IMG/VR virus record: IMGVR_UViG_3300002515_000003
Span: 96,001 to 160,000 of that record
Strand: one strand, 5' to 3'
DNA: 64,000 nucleotides
Origin: a virus
Lineage: Duplodnaviria > Caudoviricetes
Part shown: one piece after another, positions 32,233 through 43,408 of the stretch
Position numbering within the stretch: position 1 is the stretch's first letter
How the letters are laid out: each line of letters opens with the position of its first letter
Translations under genes and position numbers: made by a program
The notes under the pieces: model-generated
The model's database searches: none
What the model saw: the letters and a program-made list of their open reading frames with translations, nothing else
What the model was told of the DNA's origin: nothing

Positions 32233-35142
32233 CTAAGCTTCACAATTATCAGAACATCTCATTACACCTACAAGTTGGCTTTGATACTCCTCAGCCATGC
32301 TATTGACTATGAAAATCTTTTCTTTCCCACATGCTTCACATAAATCATTTATTTCACATATATCATCTCTTTTCTTAATTAAATTTTTAAGCAAACTATC
32401 AGGATTATTTTGCAAACAAGCTATAATATCATTTAGTTCTATAATTACATCTGTCATACAACAACTATTTATTTCCTTCGAATTATCTATAATCATATCA
32501 ATTACTTCATCCTCGTCTATATCAATTAAGTCATTTTGCTTATTTACCATTTCAATCATTATTATTCTCCTTTTATATGTATTATTGTATTGTTAATCTT
32601 CAAATACAATTTCTTTATGTTCATGTATATCTGAAATAATTAATTCCCTTCCACAAATTTTACATTTATTTAATTTATTTGTAATAGGATTTTCTAGGAC
32701 ATTCGATTCATGCCAATTTTCATAGTGCCTTTTGCAATTCTCATTACTACAATTGTATTGAAAATCATAAAACATTCTTAAATTCTCAGGAAATAATTTT
32801 CTTTCTATCCTATCCAATCTTTCTCTTATATCTCTATCCATTAAATAATTCCTCCTTTCTTTAATTGGTATTATTTTATTGTTGATAAATTATTTTTCGT
32901 CTAAATATTGTCCTTTAGGTCACTTATTTCATCATTTAAACTTAAAATGTCATCCTTCAAATCTGAGATATCATCTTCTAATTCATCAATTTTAACATTC
33001 TTCTTATCTATTATTTCGTTTAATTCAATTTCTACATTTTCTAATCTTTCAATTTCAGCGTGAGCATTATCTACATATTCACTCATTGATTCCATAGTAC
33101 GAGTCATATTATCCATAAGTGTGTTAAATTCTACCTTACCCATAAAATCACCATTATGATATACTTTTAAATCTGCATTCATATTATCATCTCCTTTCAA
33201 TATCTAGTATAGTTCAATATCTTACCAAAGTCAATAACTATTTTATATTATTATAGTTTATTTCATTTTCAAGTTTTCTTTATCCTCTTTTTCACTTATG
33301 AGGAAACAAGCCATCATAAAACGTACAGGATCATGTATTAATTTAGCATGAAGATAATCTAACAATTCAAAATATTCACATTCCTCTGCTTGAGCTAAAT
33401 CAAGAATTTGTATTGATGGTTTAATTCTTTTACATTTATAAACAGTTGGCTTACCTGATTTTCTAAATACTATCTCTTTACAATTCATACAAAAATAACA
33501 TTTCTTATCCATTTGATTACTCCTTATCTTATTAAAACACTTCCACCTGCATCTATATTTCCTTTGTGTTCTCCTATAATCTTTACAGAACCTCCAGAAT
33601 CTATATCACCATCTACATTGCCTGTGATATTAGCACTCCCTCCACAATCAATACCATTACTGATATTACCTTTAACTTCTACAGAACCACTACAATCAAT
33701 CTTATCACAATTACCTTCTACAATAACATTTACTGTTCCATTGTTGTTATGTAAATCTGTATTGTCAGTATCAATTTCTTTGCCATTTACAAATATTTTG
33801 TTATTTATAACACTTACATTTCCACTTGGAATTTGTATTGTTTTACCATTAATAGTTACTATACTTTTACCATTTCTATTACTCATAGTAACGGATGATG
33901 AATTTGAAATAGATTGTATATTACTTCCTATATTTTTAAATATATTCATTATTATCATCTCCTTTATTTATTATTATATGTAGGATATCCGATAGGATAA
34001 TCTCTTCTTAATATTCTCATACATAAATTATGTTGACACTTATGTATTCCATCTGCGAAATCATCTATTTCACTAGGATGTTGTTTTTCTAATTTAATAT
34101 ATTCATTCCATGCAGTTACAAGAGCATCCATTACTTTACCTTCTTGTTCTGTTAATCCATCATCTCTCACATTGGAAGTCTCCTTTTTAAATAATTGTGA
34201 TGCATTCTTACATTGATTAAGGAATTCCCTACTTATTTTATTTTTATTACTTTCTTCTATAAATTCTTTGGCTTTCTCATTTTTAATAGCAAACATATAT
34301 TCACCTCTTGTCTTTCTTAAAATTAAATATTTCCTCTACATACACTTTGTTAAATATAAATAGAATTGGCTTAACTATTAATAAACAAAATATGTAATCT
34401 AGTATGTAACTTAATTTAATTTTCATTTATCTACCTTCTTTATTTTAGATTATCCTATGATATCAAGTATTTTTCTAATAGCTTCATGTTCTTTTATGAT
34501 TCTTATATCTTTTATTATGTTTCCATATTTAGCAAGTCTGTTATATCTTGAAATTCTTTTATATATGTAGTTTTTATATTTCACCTATTTCTCCTTTACA
34601 CTATATTAATTTTAAATACTCCAATCAAATTCAAAATTCCAATTTTCACCAAGTTCCTTTTTATTATTTTTCTCAAAACATATTACCGTTCCTTTTTCAA
34701 TATCTATATTCTCAATATCAATATCTTTAGTTAATGTAATTTCCATAACTTCTATATTGTTTATTTTATCAAGCTCATCAATTTTATGAGAAAAACTACT
34801 TAATATATCTCCCTGTTCATCGTTTATTTTAAAGATATCACATAAGTTATAATATAAACTTTCATCTATTGTATTGTCATATTCGTCATAATCTGTAGAA
34901 TCGGATATCAAATATTCATAAATGGTCATTTCTTCAAAATCTATATCACATTCTACTTCTGAATGTTTTCCGTCAAGTTCTCCAACATAAACTTCTAAAT
35001 TGTCTAATTCTTCTTTATTTTTTAAATAAAAATCATATGGAATATACAATTCACCATAAGCTGTTGCATTTGAATAATACCCTTGTGCAAAAGCTGATAT
35101 TTTAACTATTTTTGATTCCTTATTAAATTTCATTATTAACAC
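32233..35142 (-). other. Cluster of small hypothetical ORFs
   Basis: Co-oriented ORFs of 82-176 aa with RBSs; promoter TTGACT-17-TATACT at 33234-33206. Confidence 0.65.
33524..33958 (-). CDS. Beta-solenoid repeat protein (bactofilin/DUF4097-like)
   Basis: Tandem G(N/D)I/V-x-G-x-ID-x-GGS-V repeats. Confidence 0.65.
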   Translation of the reverse strand: MIIMNIFKNIGSNIQSISNSSSVTMSNRNGKSIVTINGKTIQIPSGNVSVINNKIFVNGKEIDTDNTDLHNNNGTVNVIVEGNCDKIDCSGSVEVKGNISNGIDCGGSANITGNVDGDIDSGGSVKIIGEHKGNIDAGGSVLIR

Positions 35143-35173
35143 TCCTTTTATTTTATATTATTGTAATAAATAT

Positions 35174-35343
35174 ATGAAAGTAATATTTTATTCACATTTT
35201 TGATTTTGTAATGTAGTGATAGCCCCATTCTCAAAAGCTAAATTATTAAAATAAGGTCAAACTTGCTTAAACCCTCATAGGATGCTTTAAATTTAATTTA
35301 TGAAACCTTTTGAGATTTATTCAGAATATAACTGTTTAAATGA
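35174..35343. repeat. Dispersed ~170-bp element copy 3
   Basis: ATGAAA-gtaata-TTTTAT; ATAGCCCCATT; AAGGTCA; TGCTTAAA; GTTTAAATG. Confidence 0.7.
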
Positions 35344-35357
35344 TGATGTAGTAAAAA

Positions 35358-36047
35358 TCAAATATTGCATTCATCCATAATTTTTAACATGTGATATTCA
35401 GCTCTCTCTATTTTACCTTGTGGTGTTTTGTCTCCCATACCTTTTGGTTTACCCATTATAGCCATCATAATCCATGTACTTGAATCACTACTGTAAAGAT
35501 TTAGGCATCCTTGCGTAATCTTCTTACTTGAACTTCCTAACAAGTGAAATTTAATACTAGGGTATCTTTCAATTAATTCGTTTATCCAGTCTGCAATTTT
35601 AGTTTTGTTTTTTTCGGGTACTGTTCCACCTAATGCGATGTATGTTTCCTTATCTTCGTTTATGTATTTTTGCAACCAAATTTCGTCATCACCATAATGA
35701 AAGCAAGGTATAGGCATTAATCCTTTTATTTTCATAGTTTTATAATACCACCATGAGAATTCAGCATCTCCTATAACATCTAAACTTATATATTCACCTA
35801 TGTATTCCTTATTGTTGTTTACATATTGAATATAATCAACCAATGCAATATTTTTATTTTTTGTAAAAGCTGAATATGCTCCCGAATCAAGTAATATATA
35901 TGGCTGATAACCTATCATTTCACACCATTCTTTTAAATTCCTATTTTTAAAATAATGATAGGACAATAATATATTTGGTGGTTTAAGTTTTTTAATAACT
36001 GCAATTTCTTCTTTTGTATTGCAAGTGACAAAATACATTTTTTTCAT
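35358..36047 (-). CDS. dpdA: TGT-fold 7-deazaguanine transglycosylase, phage DpdA-like
   Basis: LLDSGAYS, LDVIGD, PCFH, ALGG, HLLG, SSDSSTW motifs; adjacent to queT. Confidence 0.78.
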   Translation of the reverse strand: MKKMYFVTCNTKEEIAVIKKLKPPNILLSYHYFKNRNLKEWCEMIGYQPYILLDSGAYSAFTKNKNIALVDYIQYVNNNKEYIGEYISLDVIGDAEFSWWYYKTMKIKGLMPIPCFHYGDDEIWLQKYINEDKETYIALGGTVPEKNKTKIADWINELIERYPSIKFHLLGSSSKKITQGCLNLYSSDSSTWIMMAIMGKPKGMGDKTPQGKIERAEYHMLKIMDECNI

Positions 36048-36071
36048 ACTATTCCCCCCTAAAATTAATTA

Positions 36072-36536
36072 TTATATTTTATCCGTCTTTAAATTAATTA
36101 AAATCATACCAAAAGTATAAGCTGAAATTATTTGACCTACCAATAAACTCGGCATTAATACCATATAAGGAATATGTAGTAAGTAACTCAGCCAAATTGG
36201 AACTATTAGAGAAGGGATAATTGCTATAGGTAACACACAAATCCATTTAGGGGCTTTTAGTTTCTTTAATAAAACAACTCCTAATGTGGTAATTATTCCT
36301 ACAAAACACCCTCCAAACATATCAATCAACCCTAAACCACCCATTAAAGTATTACTTATTAAATTTGCTACTCCTAATGGAATTATTAGAAATGGAAATT
36401 GATATCCCAATGCATAAATACCTGTAGCTATTCTTACTTGAAATTGACCGAATGCAAAAGATTGCGTTAATAACATTAAAATAATGTAAAGTGCTATTGC
36501 TATAGCTGATATTGTTAATTTTTTTGTTTTATTCAT
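36072..36536 (-). CDS. queT: QueT-family queuosine-precursor transporter
   Basis: IAIALYIIL..FAFGQFQVRIA..GVANLISN..GLIDM; hydrophobic 154 aa. Confidence 0.88.
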   Translation of the reverse strand: MNKTKKLTISAIAIALYIILMLLTQSFAFGQFQVRIATGIYALGYQFPFLIIPLGVANLISNTLMGGLGLIDMFGGCFVGIITTLGVVLLKKLKAPKWICVLPIAIIPSLIVPIWLSYLLHIPYMVLMPSLLVGQIISAYTFGMILINLKTDKI

Positions 36537-36623
36537 GATTTTTATTATCTCCTCTTATTTAAATATTTTATTATTTTGTTCTATATGATTGTGAATAAAA
36601 TTTGATTTTTAAATGGTTATGTA

Positions 36624-39414
36624 TTATTTTAAATACTCAATTACTTTTTTCATTAACTCTAAATCTACATCCTTACCATTTATCTTAAACTCACCTTTTG
36701 CTTTAGATAACACAGTTGCAGTTACGCGAAATTTAATAGGGGTTTGATAGTATTTTCCATAACCACCCATAATAATATCTTTCATAGGATTTATTTCATT
36801 GTAAATACTCAAAATATAATTATCAATTTTATTTATATTCATTTTAGTTACATATGGCGTATATAAGTTTGAAATTTCATCTGTTTCTATATCTGTAATA
36901 GTAATTAAGTATTCTTCATCAGTAAATTCAACTTGGTCACTATTCACAGTAATTGTATTATCACAATCTACAATTACATCTATTTTGAAAACTATATCAG
37001 GATTAAATTCAATTCTTGCAATAACTCCTTCAATTCCCTTAAATATACCATTTGTAATTCTAACGTTTTTCGTATTCATTATTTTATAATCTCCTTCATA
37101 TATGTATTATTTTCTTATTTAATTTCCTCAATCTCATCATGGTATAAAATATATTCTTTTTTATCTTCATCTAATAAAACTGTATATTGGTTATATCCCC
37201 ATCCTTCATAGAATAAATCAATAACTACACCTGTTTTACCCTTTAAGTCGCCCTCTGTTATTATAATGTGCTTACCTTCCAAATATATCATCTCCTTTTA
37301 TTTCCTAAATAAATTGACCATTTTATATTAATTTATTTCATATACTGTATAAGAACTTTTAGATATTGTCTTTATTAGTTCACCTAAGAATTTAACTTCT
37401 AAAGAATCCTCATCTACCATAATACTACCTTCTTTGCAATTATCTTTTAATAAAGAATCTAATACACTAGCTTCATATTGTCTATAGTTTGTAGTTATTG
37501 CCTCAGAAAAATCTTTAGTAAAACTATTAGTTTTTAAATATTCTTCAACTTGTTCTTTTAAATTTAAAGATTTTAAAGTTTTATAATTTTTAAGTTTATC
37601 TTCAATGCCATACATAAAATCTCTTAACCATTCTTTTATCCCTTCGATATGATATTCTTTAGCTTGTTCTATAGTTAATTCATTCTCACTAGCTTCATCA
37701 AAATAATCAAGATAAGTAGTTTTTACACATTCCATTAAATCAGACGATATTATTTTTTCTTTTATATTATCTAGTTTTTCTGAGTCTATTAAATGAAAAT
37801 TAAAAGAATGTCCTGAGCCACCTCCATGATTCTTACCTAATGTCATAATATGAAAATCTAAATCAAAATATTTATGAGAATTATCATTTTTATCGCTATA
37901 TGTAATTTTACGTAGGTTAAATTTTAAGTTCATATCATTATTTTTGTTCCAATAACTAATAAAGCATTCTGAAATAAAACTATCTTTATCCTTTAAACTA
38001 TCTATAATATTGTTTGACATAGTTTGTAAAAATTGTTTTAATTCAGTGATACATTTATCATTAAGTTTTTCTTTTAATTCTGCATTATCCTTAAATCCAA
38101 ATAACTCATATAAGTTTTTATTCATTCCACCTGTTCTTATTATGTATTTCTCATCAATATCTTCTATAACACTTAATAATGATTCATATAATGTACCTTT
38201 CCCCATTTTAAGTAGTTCTTCTTTATATTCAAAATTCAATTCTAATTTCTTAGATTTCATAATATCTCATCTCTCCTTTTATTCTGACTTTTCTCTTTTC
38301 AAATATTCTTCATAAACACAATCATTTTTCTCATCAACTTCTGAATATTTAATTGTGTAAAAATCTAATATATTAATTCTATCAATTGTATTATATAAAT
38401 CATCATCCATATTTTCCTCAATATTTTTTACATGAGCTTTTATATAATGTTTAGCTACTTCAAAAGCAAATAACTTTGCTACAAAATGTTTATAATAGTA
38501 ATTTAATCCACATTCGTGATAGTAAGGATATATTTCTTCATCTGAAAGATAATCTTGCCCTTTATACCAAAAATGACTACATCCATCCCATTTTATACTA
38601 CAACTTAATAAAAAAACTTCTCCATATACTGTATTGTCCATTGACCATGAATTAGGAATTGTTATGAATCCTCCAAATGAATGTGTCCACGTTTCTGTTT
38701 GTCTAACTGTTGCTATTATTGTTCCTGTTTTATCAATTAATTCTGCTTTTAACATATGTAATTATCACTCCTTTTTAAATTTAATTAATTACATTCTCTA
38801 TATTCTTCTCTATATAATTCAATGTTATCATCTCTTAAATCAACTATGTACCATTTATTGCACTTCGGACACATAAACCATGCATTGACTTTCTCTTCTC
38901 CCGTTAGCTCTAATTCAGTGTTATCATCAGGACATTTATACATTTTAATTTATCTCCTTTTAATTTATAATTTATAGTCGTAATCTTCATCTATAAATAC
39001 TGTAGTTATTCTATTTTTTTTAATAAACCTACTAAAATCAATATTGATTATTATTTTATCGTCTACACCCGAATGTCTTTCTTTTAATATATCAACTATA
39101 TTTATATATTTTTTACTCATTTCTTCGTCACAATAAATATTAACTACTTTATCTGTTTCTATTACAATATTATTAAAATTGTTCACTTCATCCTTTCTAA
39201 TTATATTCCTATCGCCTCTGTTTTTTATTACATGACCGTCTTTAATATATACACTTGATAAATCTTTAATTGCTTTAGTATATGCTGGAAAATCCTCTTG
39301 TGCACAGATACACTCTTTTTCTGATTCATGACATTTTGCACAATATATTGTATTTGAATAACTCATTATTAATACAACTCCCTTTTCTATTTTAATTTTA
39401 TATGTAGTCCTCAA
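36624..39414 (-). other. Hypothetical ORFs (36624-37079, 37328-38260, 38279-38755, 38965-39414)
   Basis: Co-oriented ORFs with RBSs; KOW-like N-terminus in the first. Confidence 0.65.
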
Positions 39415-39426
39415 TTAAGAGGAACA

Positions 39427-40455
39427 TTATAAACTTACTTCAGATTCATCTCTTTGTTCAATCTCCTCATGCATTTTTGCAATGTTAAAATTAAATGGAC
39501 TATTATCAATTGCTTTAGATGTTTCTTCAGAATCTACATCAATATATATCTGAGTTGTTGAAATATTGGAATGACCAAGAATTTTAGAGATTGTGAGTGT
39601 GTCAATTCCTTGTTTGTGCATAGTTGTGGCACATGTTGATCTGAATTTATGGGTGCTAAATTTATTAGGATTTAATCCTGCTTTAACTACATATTTTTTA
39701 ACTAAATCTCCAACCGATTTTTTAGAAAGTCTAACTCCTAATCTATTTATAAATAATGCATCTTCGTGACCTATTTTAAGTTCTCTTTCTTTTCTTTCTT
39801 CTAACCAATCATTTATTGATTTCATACAAAAACTGTTAATTTTTAAAAATCTCTCTTTGTTTCCTTTTCCAATAACTTGCAACATATTCCCTTGAATACT
39901 ATCAAGATTTAATACACTTATTTCTTCTCTTCTTAATCCATCATTTAATAATAAAGATATAATTGCCATATCTCTTTTTGAATTGCAATATCCATCTTCG
40001 ATTGCATCAATTACTTTCTTAACTTCTTCCATTGTTAAAACAGTTGGTTTCCTTTTTTCTAATTCAGGTAATTCTAATCTTAATGTAATATTTTCATTTG
40101 CAGTTATAGCTTCATTAATTTTTTCTAAATAAGTATAAAATGATTTCAATGAACTGGTCTTCCTTGACCTAGCACACTTTCCATTCTTTCTTTCTGTTGT
40201 TAAAAATCCCATGAATGCGTGAATATCAGTTAATTTAATAGTTTTAATAAAAGTTACATCAACATCAGAAATATCAATATCTTTAAATTCAACATTACCT
40301 AAATCACATTTTTGTTGTTTCATGTATTTAAAATATAAACTTAAATCTGTAGAATATCCATCAATAGTGTTTTGTGATTTTCCTTTGATAATATCCAAAT
40401 AAGTAAAAAATTCTTTAACTGATTTTGGTAAGTTTGTATTTGATTTATTATTCAT
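39427..40455 (-). CDS. XerC/D-like tyrosine recombinase
   Basis: RDMAII..GLRREE, GKGNKER, STHKFR, LGHSNISTTQIY. Confidence 0.93.
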   Translation of the reverse strand: MNNKSNTNLPKSVKEFFTYLDIIKGKSQNTIDGYSTDLSLYFKYMKQQKCDLGNVEFKDIDISDVDVTFIKTIKLTDIHAFMGFLTTERKNGKCARSRKTSSLKSFYTYLEKINEAITANENITLRLELPELEKRKPTVLTMEEVKKVIDAIEDGYCNSKRDMAIISLLLNDGLRREEISVLNLDSIQGNMLQVIGKGNKERFLKINSFCMKSINDWLEERKERELKIGHEDALFINRLGVRLSKKSVGDLVKKYVVKAGLNPNKFSTHKFRSTCATTMHKQGIDTLTISKILGHSNISTTQIYIDVDSEETSKAIDNSPFNFNIAKMHEEIEQRDESEVSL

Positions 40456-40546
40456 AATATTCAGCCCCTTTTATTAATTTATGTAGATAGAAATTGTTTC
40501 GTTTAATATTTATTTTATATTTTTGTTATCTTAATCCTTATACCTT

Positions 40547-40575
40547 ATTATATGCAATTATTGGTAAAGTGTCAA
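40547..40575 (-). promoter_or_regulatory. Consensus sigmaA promoter of the Xer-like recombinase
   Basis: TTGACA-17-TATAAT. Confidence 0.75.
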
Positions 40576-40650
40576 TACTTATTACAAATATATTTTATAT
40601 TATTTTAAAGTTAATATAAAAACAATGAAACTGATGTTCTATTTACTAAT

Positions 40651-40929
40651 TTAATTGTATAAGCTTTTGTCAATTTCTGATATACTATTTGCATAAATAA
40701 ATCTACTAATAGATATATCCTTATTACTTTTTAATATTAATTCGTCAGTATATTTATTTTCGTAATATTTTAACCTATTAAGAAAACTATCTTTAGGATT
40801 AACGATTTTAGGATTGATTATTAATTCTTCATGTATTTTATTCTCATATTTTATTAAAATAACAATCCATTTTGTGTTGTTGATTTCTGCATCATTAAAA
40901 CATTTCTTTAACATTTCCATATTCCCCAT
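40651..40929 (-). CDS. Small phage hypothetical protein
   Basis: 92 aa; ELIINP..RLKYY..YTDELILK. Confidence 0.7.
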   Translation of the reverse strand: MGNMEMLKKCFNDAEINNTKWIVILIKYENKIHEELIINPKIVNPKDSFLNRLKYYENKYTDELILKSNKDISISRFIYANSISEIDKSLYN

Positions 40930-41030
40930 ACATAAATGCTCCTTTCTTTAAACTGGTTTTAAACCCTAATGCTATAATAAGACTTATAAGATTTAATTAC
41001 CTTTAAAGTAATTACTTTCCTACAAGTCTT

Positions 41031-41059
41031 ATTATAAACTATTGAATTATAGATGTCAA
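41031..41059 (-). promoter_or_regulatory. Consensus sigmaA promoter overlapping an inverted repeat
   Basis: TTGACA-17-TATAAT. Confidence 0.7.
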
Positions 41060-41096
41060 TACTTTTACTAAGTTTATATTAATATATTGTTACTAG

Positions 41097-43394
41097 CTAA
41101 ATCCAAGCAGTTTTCAATAAATCTACTAACCATGTACTTCTTTCAAGATTCTCTTTTTTCTTTATAGACCTATTAACTGTTATGATGTTGCCTAACATAT
41201 AAACTCTTTCTTTAGCTCTAGTTCCCGCAACATATAAAAGATTTGAATTAAGCATGAATGTGTGTGATTTAGGAGCTATACAGATAACTTGTTTACTAGA
41301 ATCTCCTTGTGATTTATGTATGCTTATACAATATCCTAATTCTAATTGGTTTAACTTATCCTTGGTATATACTACATATTTTCCTTTTCCAAAGTTTACT
41401 GTCATATCATTATATCCTACATCACATATTATTCCTGTATTGCCGTTAAATACTTCTGTAGTTTCCTCTTCTACTTTACCAGTCATTGGACTTATCTTTT
41501 TAATTTTAGATTTTAAATATTCTGGTATACTTGCTTTATAGTTGTTTTCCATTTGCATTACTTTATCATCTTTATAAAATTTATCTTCACCTCTTAAAAG
41601 AAATTTATTATCTTTTCTCTTTTGGATTATTTTCTGAACTTCTTTATTAACTGCCTTAGTACCATATTCTCCTTTGTTTTGAGAAGATAAAACCATAATA
41701 TCATTTGTACTATATTTATCTGTTAATAATTTATTATATATTTTTATAAGTTGGTGTATTATCTTTTGTTGTTGAAGTTCTACAAATATAAAATCTTTAG
41801 AAGTACCACATATTTTTACACCATTGAATTCATTATCTAAAAATTTATCTCCATTTCTAATTTTTGTTACAACTTGCATTAATCCACCTTCAGCATATCT
41901 AAATATCTTAGTTAATCTAGTAATAGGAATTACTTCTGAAGTCAATAGATTCTGTGCAATATTACCACACCCAACCGAACAGAGCTGATATGAGTCAAAT
42001 ACTAGCAATAGTTTTGTTTTAGTTGCATCTATTGCATCTAATAAATGCTTGAATAAGAAAACATCTACCATAGAAAACTCATCAACTACAACCATATCAA
42101 CATCTAATTTATTTTTCTCATTAAAAGTCCAAGGATTATCATTTGCAGGATTATAATGTAGTTGTCTATGGATAGTACCAGATTTCCTTCCTGTTTGTTC
42201 TTGCATTACCTCACTAGCTTTTCCAGTGGGCGAACATAACATATATGTCTTCTTATCTTCGTCTAGCATAGTTAATAAGTTCTTAACACTTGCAGTCTTA
42301 CCCGAACCAGCAGGAGCTGTTAATATACTAACATTATACTTACATACGTTATCTAAAGCTTTTAATTGTTCATCTGTTAAGATAAATCCATTATCTTCTC
42401 TGTATAATTCAGTTTGCATATTAAAATCATAACTATTTTTAAGCATAGATGTCAAAGTATTAGCAATGTAGTTTTCAGTATTATATGTAGACATTATAGC
42501 CATTTCCTTAGTTTTCTTATTAACGTAAATATCTTCATCGTTTTCTTTTATAATAGTTACAAAGTGAGTTATACATTCAGGAGTTAATAAGTTACATTCT
42601 GTTCTTAGTTCTTTTATGCTTATTTTTGTATTTCCCTCACTCTCATTCTCTTCTAATATAAAATTCACACAAGCTTTCATTCTTTGTTTGGATATTAATA
42701 ATTTTTCTGCAAATTTAAAATCATTGTCCTCTTTATCATTTTTATCTAATTCTAATAATATCTTATCTGCTGTGCGAAATCCTATCCGATTTAATTTACA
42801 CAAACATCTATACGGGTTATTGCATAATTCTTTTTTAATTTTTGTAACAGATTTATATTTTTCATATAATTTTTTTATAACATTTATTGATATTAAGCCT
42901 TTAAATAAGTTAACTACTTCTATTAATGCAAAATTTTCTATTACTTTTCCTTTTATCCTATCAAATGTAGCATCCTTTATACCTTTAGTTAAATTCAAAT
43001 CAACATCTGATAAGTCGTTTTTTATTATTTTATCTATTATGTTTGGATAGACTTTTAATAAAATATCTACGCTATTAACATTTATACCAATTTCACACAA
43101 AAATGTTTTAGAGGAATTCAAGTCTGTAGATTTGTCTTTCGTTGCTGAAGTAGCTTTATATTGTGCTCCAAAATTTTTATTAATTTCTAAACTAGCTTTA
43201 ACCTTATATTCTGCATGAGGTATTAGGTTTTGAATATCACCTACTATTATATACTCCCCATTTTTATTACTAGCTAATTGTGGATATAGCTTTTTATCTA
43301 CATCCACAACATATATTTTAAAATTCTCTGAGTTAAATCTTTCTCTTTTTATAGTACATTTAAAATCAAGCATAGTATTGCTCAAAACAATCAC
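41097..43394 (-). CDS. recD2: RecD2-like SF1B helicase
   Basis: APAGSGKT, SPTGKA, TIHR, VDEFSMVD, IFRY, FNG..G, SIHKSQG, LLYVAGTRA. Confidence 0.93.
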   Translation of the reverse strand: MIVLSNTMLDFKCTIKRERFNSENFKIYVVDVDKKLYPQLASNKNGEYIIVGDIQNLIPHAEYKVKASLEINKNFGAQYKATSATKDKSTDLNSSKTFLCEIGINVNSVDILLKVYPNIIDKIIKNDLSDVDLNLTKGIKDATFDRIKGKVIENFALIEVVNLFKGLISINVIKKLYEKYKSVTKIKKELCNNPYRCLCKLNRIGFRTADKILLELDKNDKEDNDFKFAEKLLISKQRMKACVNFILEENESEGNTKISIKELRTECNLLTPECITHFVTIIKENDEDIYVNKKTKEMAIMSTYNTENYIANTLTSMLKNSYDFNMQTELYREDNGFILTDEQLKALDNVCKYNVSILTAPAGSGKTASVKNLLTMLDEDKKTYMLCSPTGKASEVMQEQTGRKSGTIHRQLHYNPANDNPWTFNEKNKLDVDMVVVDEFSMVDVFLFKHLLDAIDATKTKLLLVFDSYQLCSVGCGNIAQNLLTSEVIPITRLTKIFRYAEGGLMQVVTKIRNGDKFLDNEFNGVKICGTSKDFIFVELQQQKIIHQLIKIYNKLLTDKYSTNDIMVLSSQNKGEYGTKAVNKEVQKIIQKRKDNKFLLRGEDKFYKDDKVMQMENNYKASIPEYLKSKIKKISPMTGKVEEETTEVFNGNTGIICDVGYNDMTVNFGKGKYVVYTKDKLNQLELGYCISIHKSQGDSSKQVICIAPKSHTFMLNSNLLYVAGTRAKERVYMLGNIITVNRSIKKKENLERSTWLVDLLKTAWI

Positions 43395-43408
43395 CCCAAT
43401 TTATATTT

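Noticed and set aside
36537-36623. preQ1 riboswitch upstream of queT
   Set aside because: No GGTTCTAG..CCC..AAAAAACTA-type aptamer visible
40593-40623. GTTTTTATATTAACT on the minus strand resembles the start of a clostridial type I-B CRISPR repeat
   Set aside because: Single partial match in AT-rich DNA; the rest of the repeat and any spaced copies are absent
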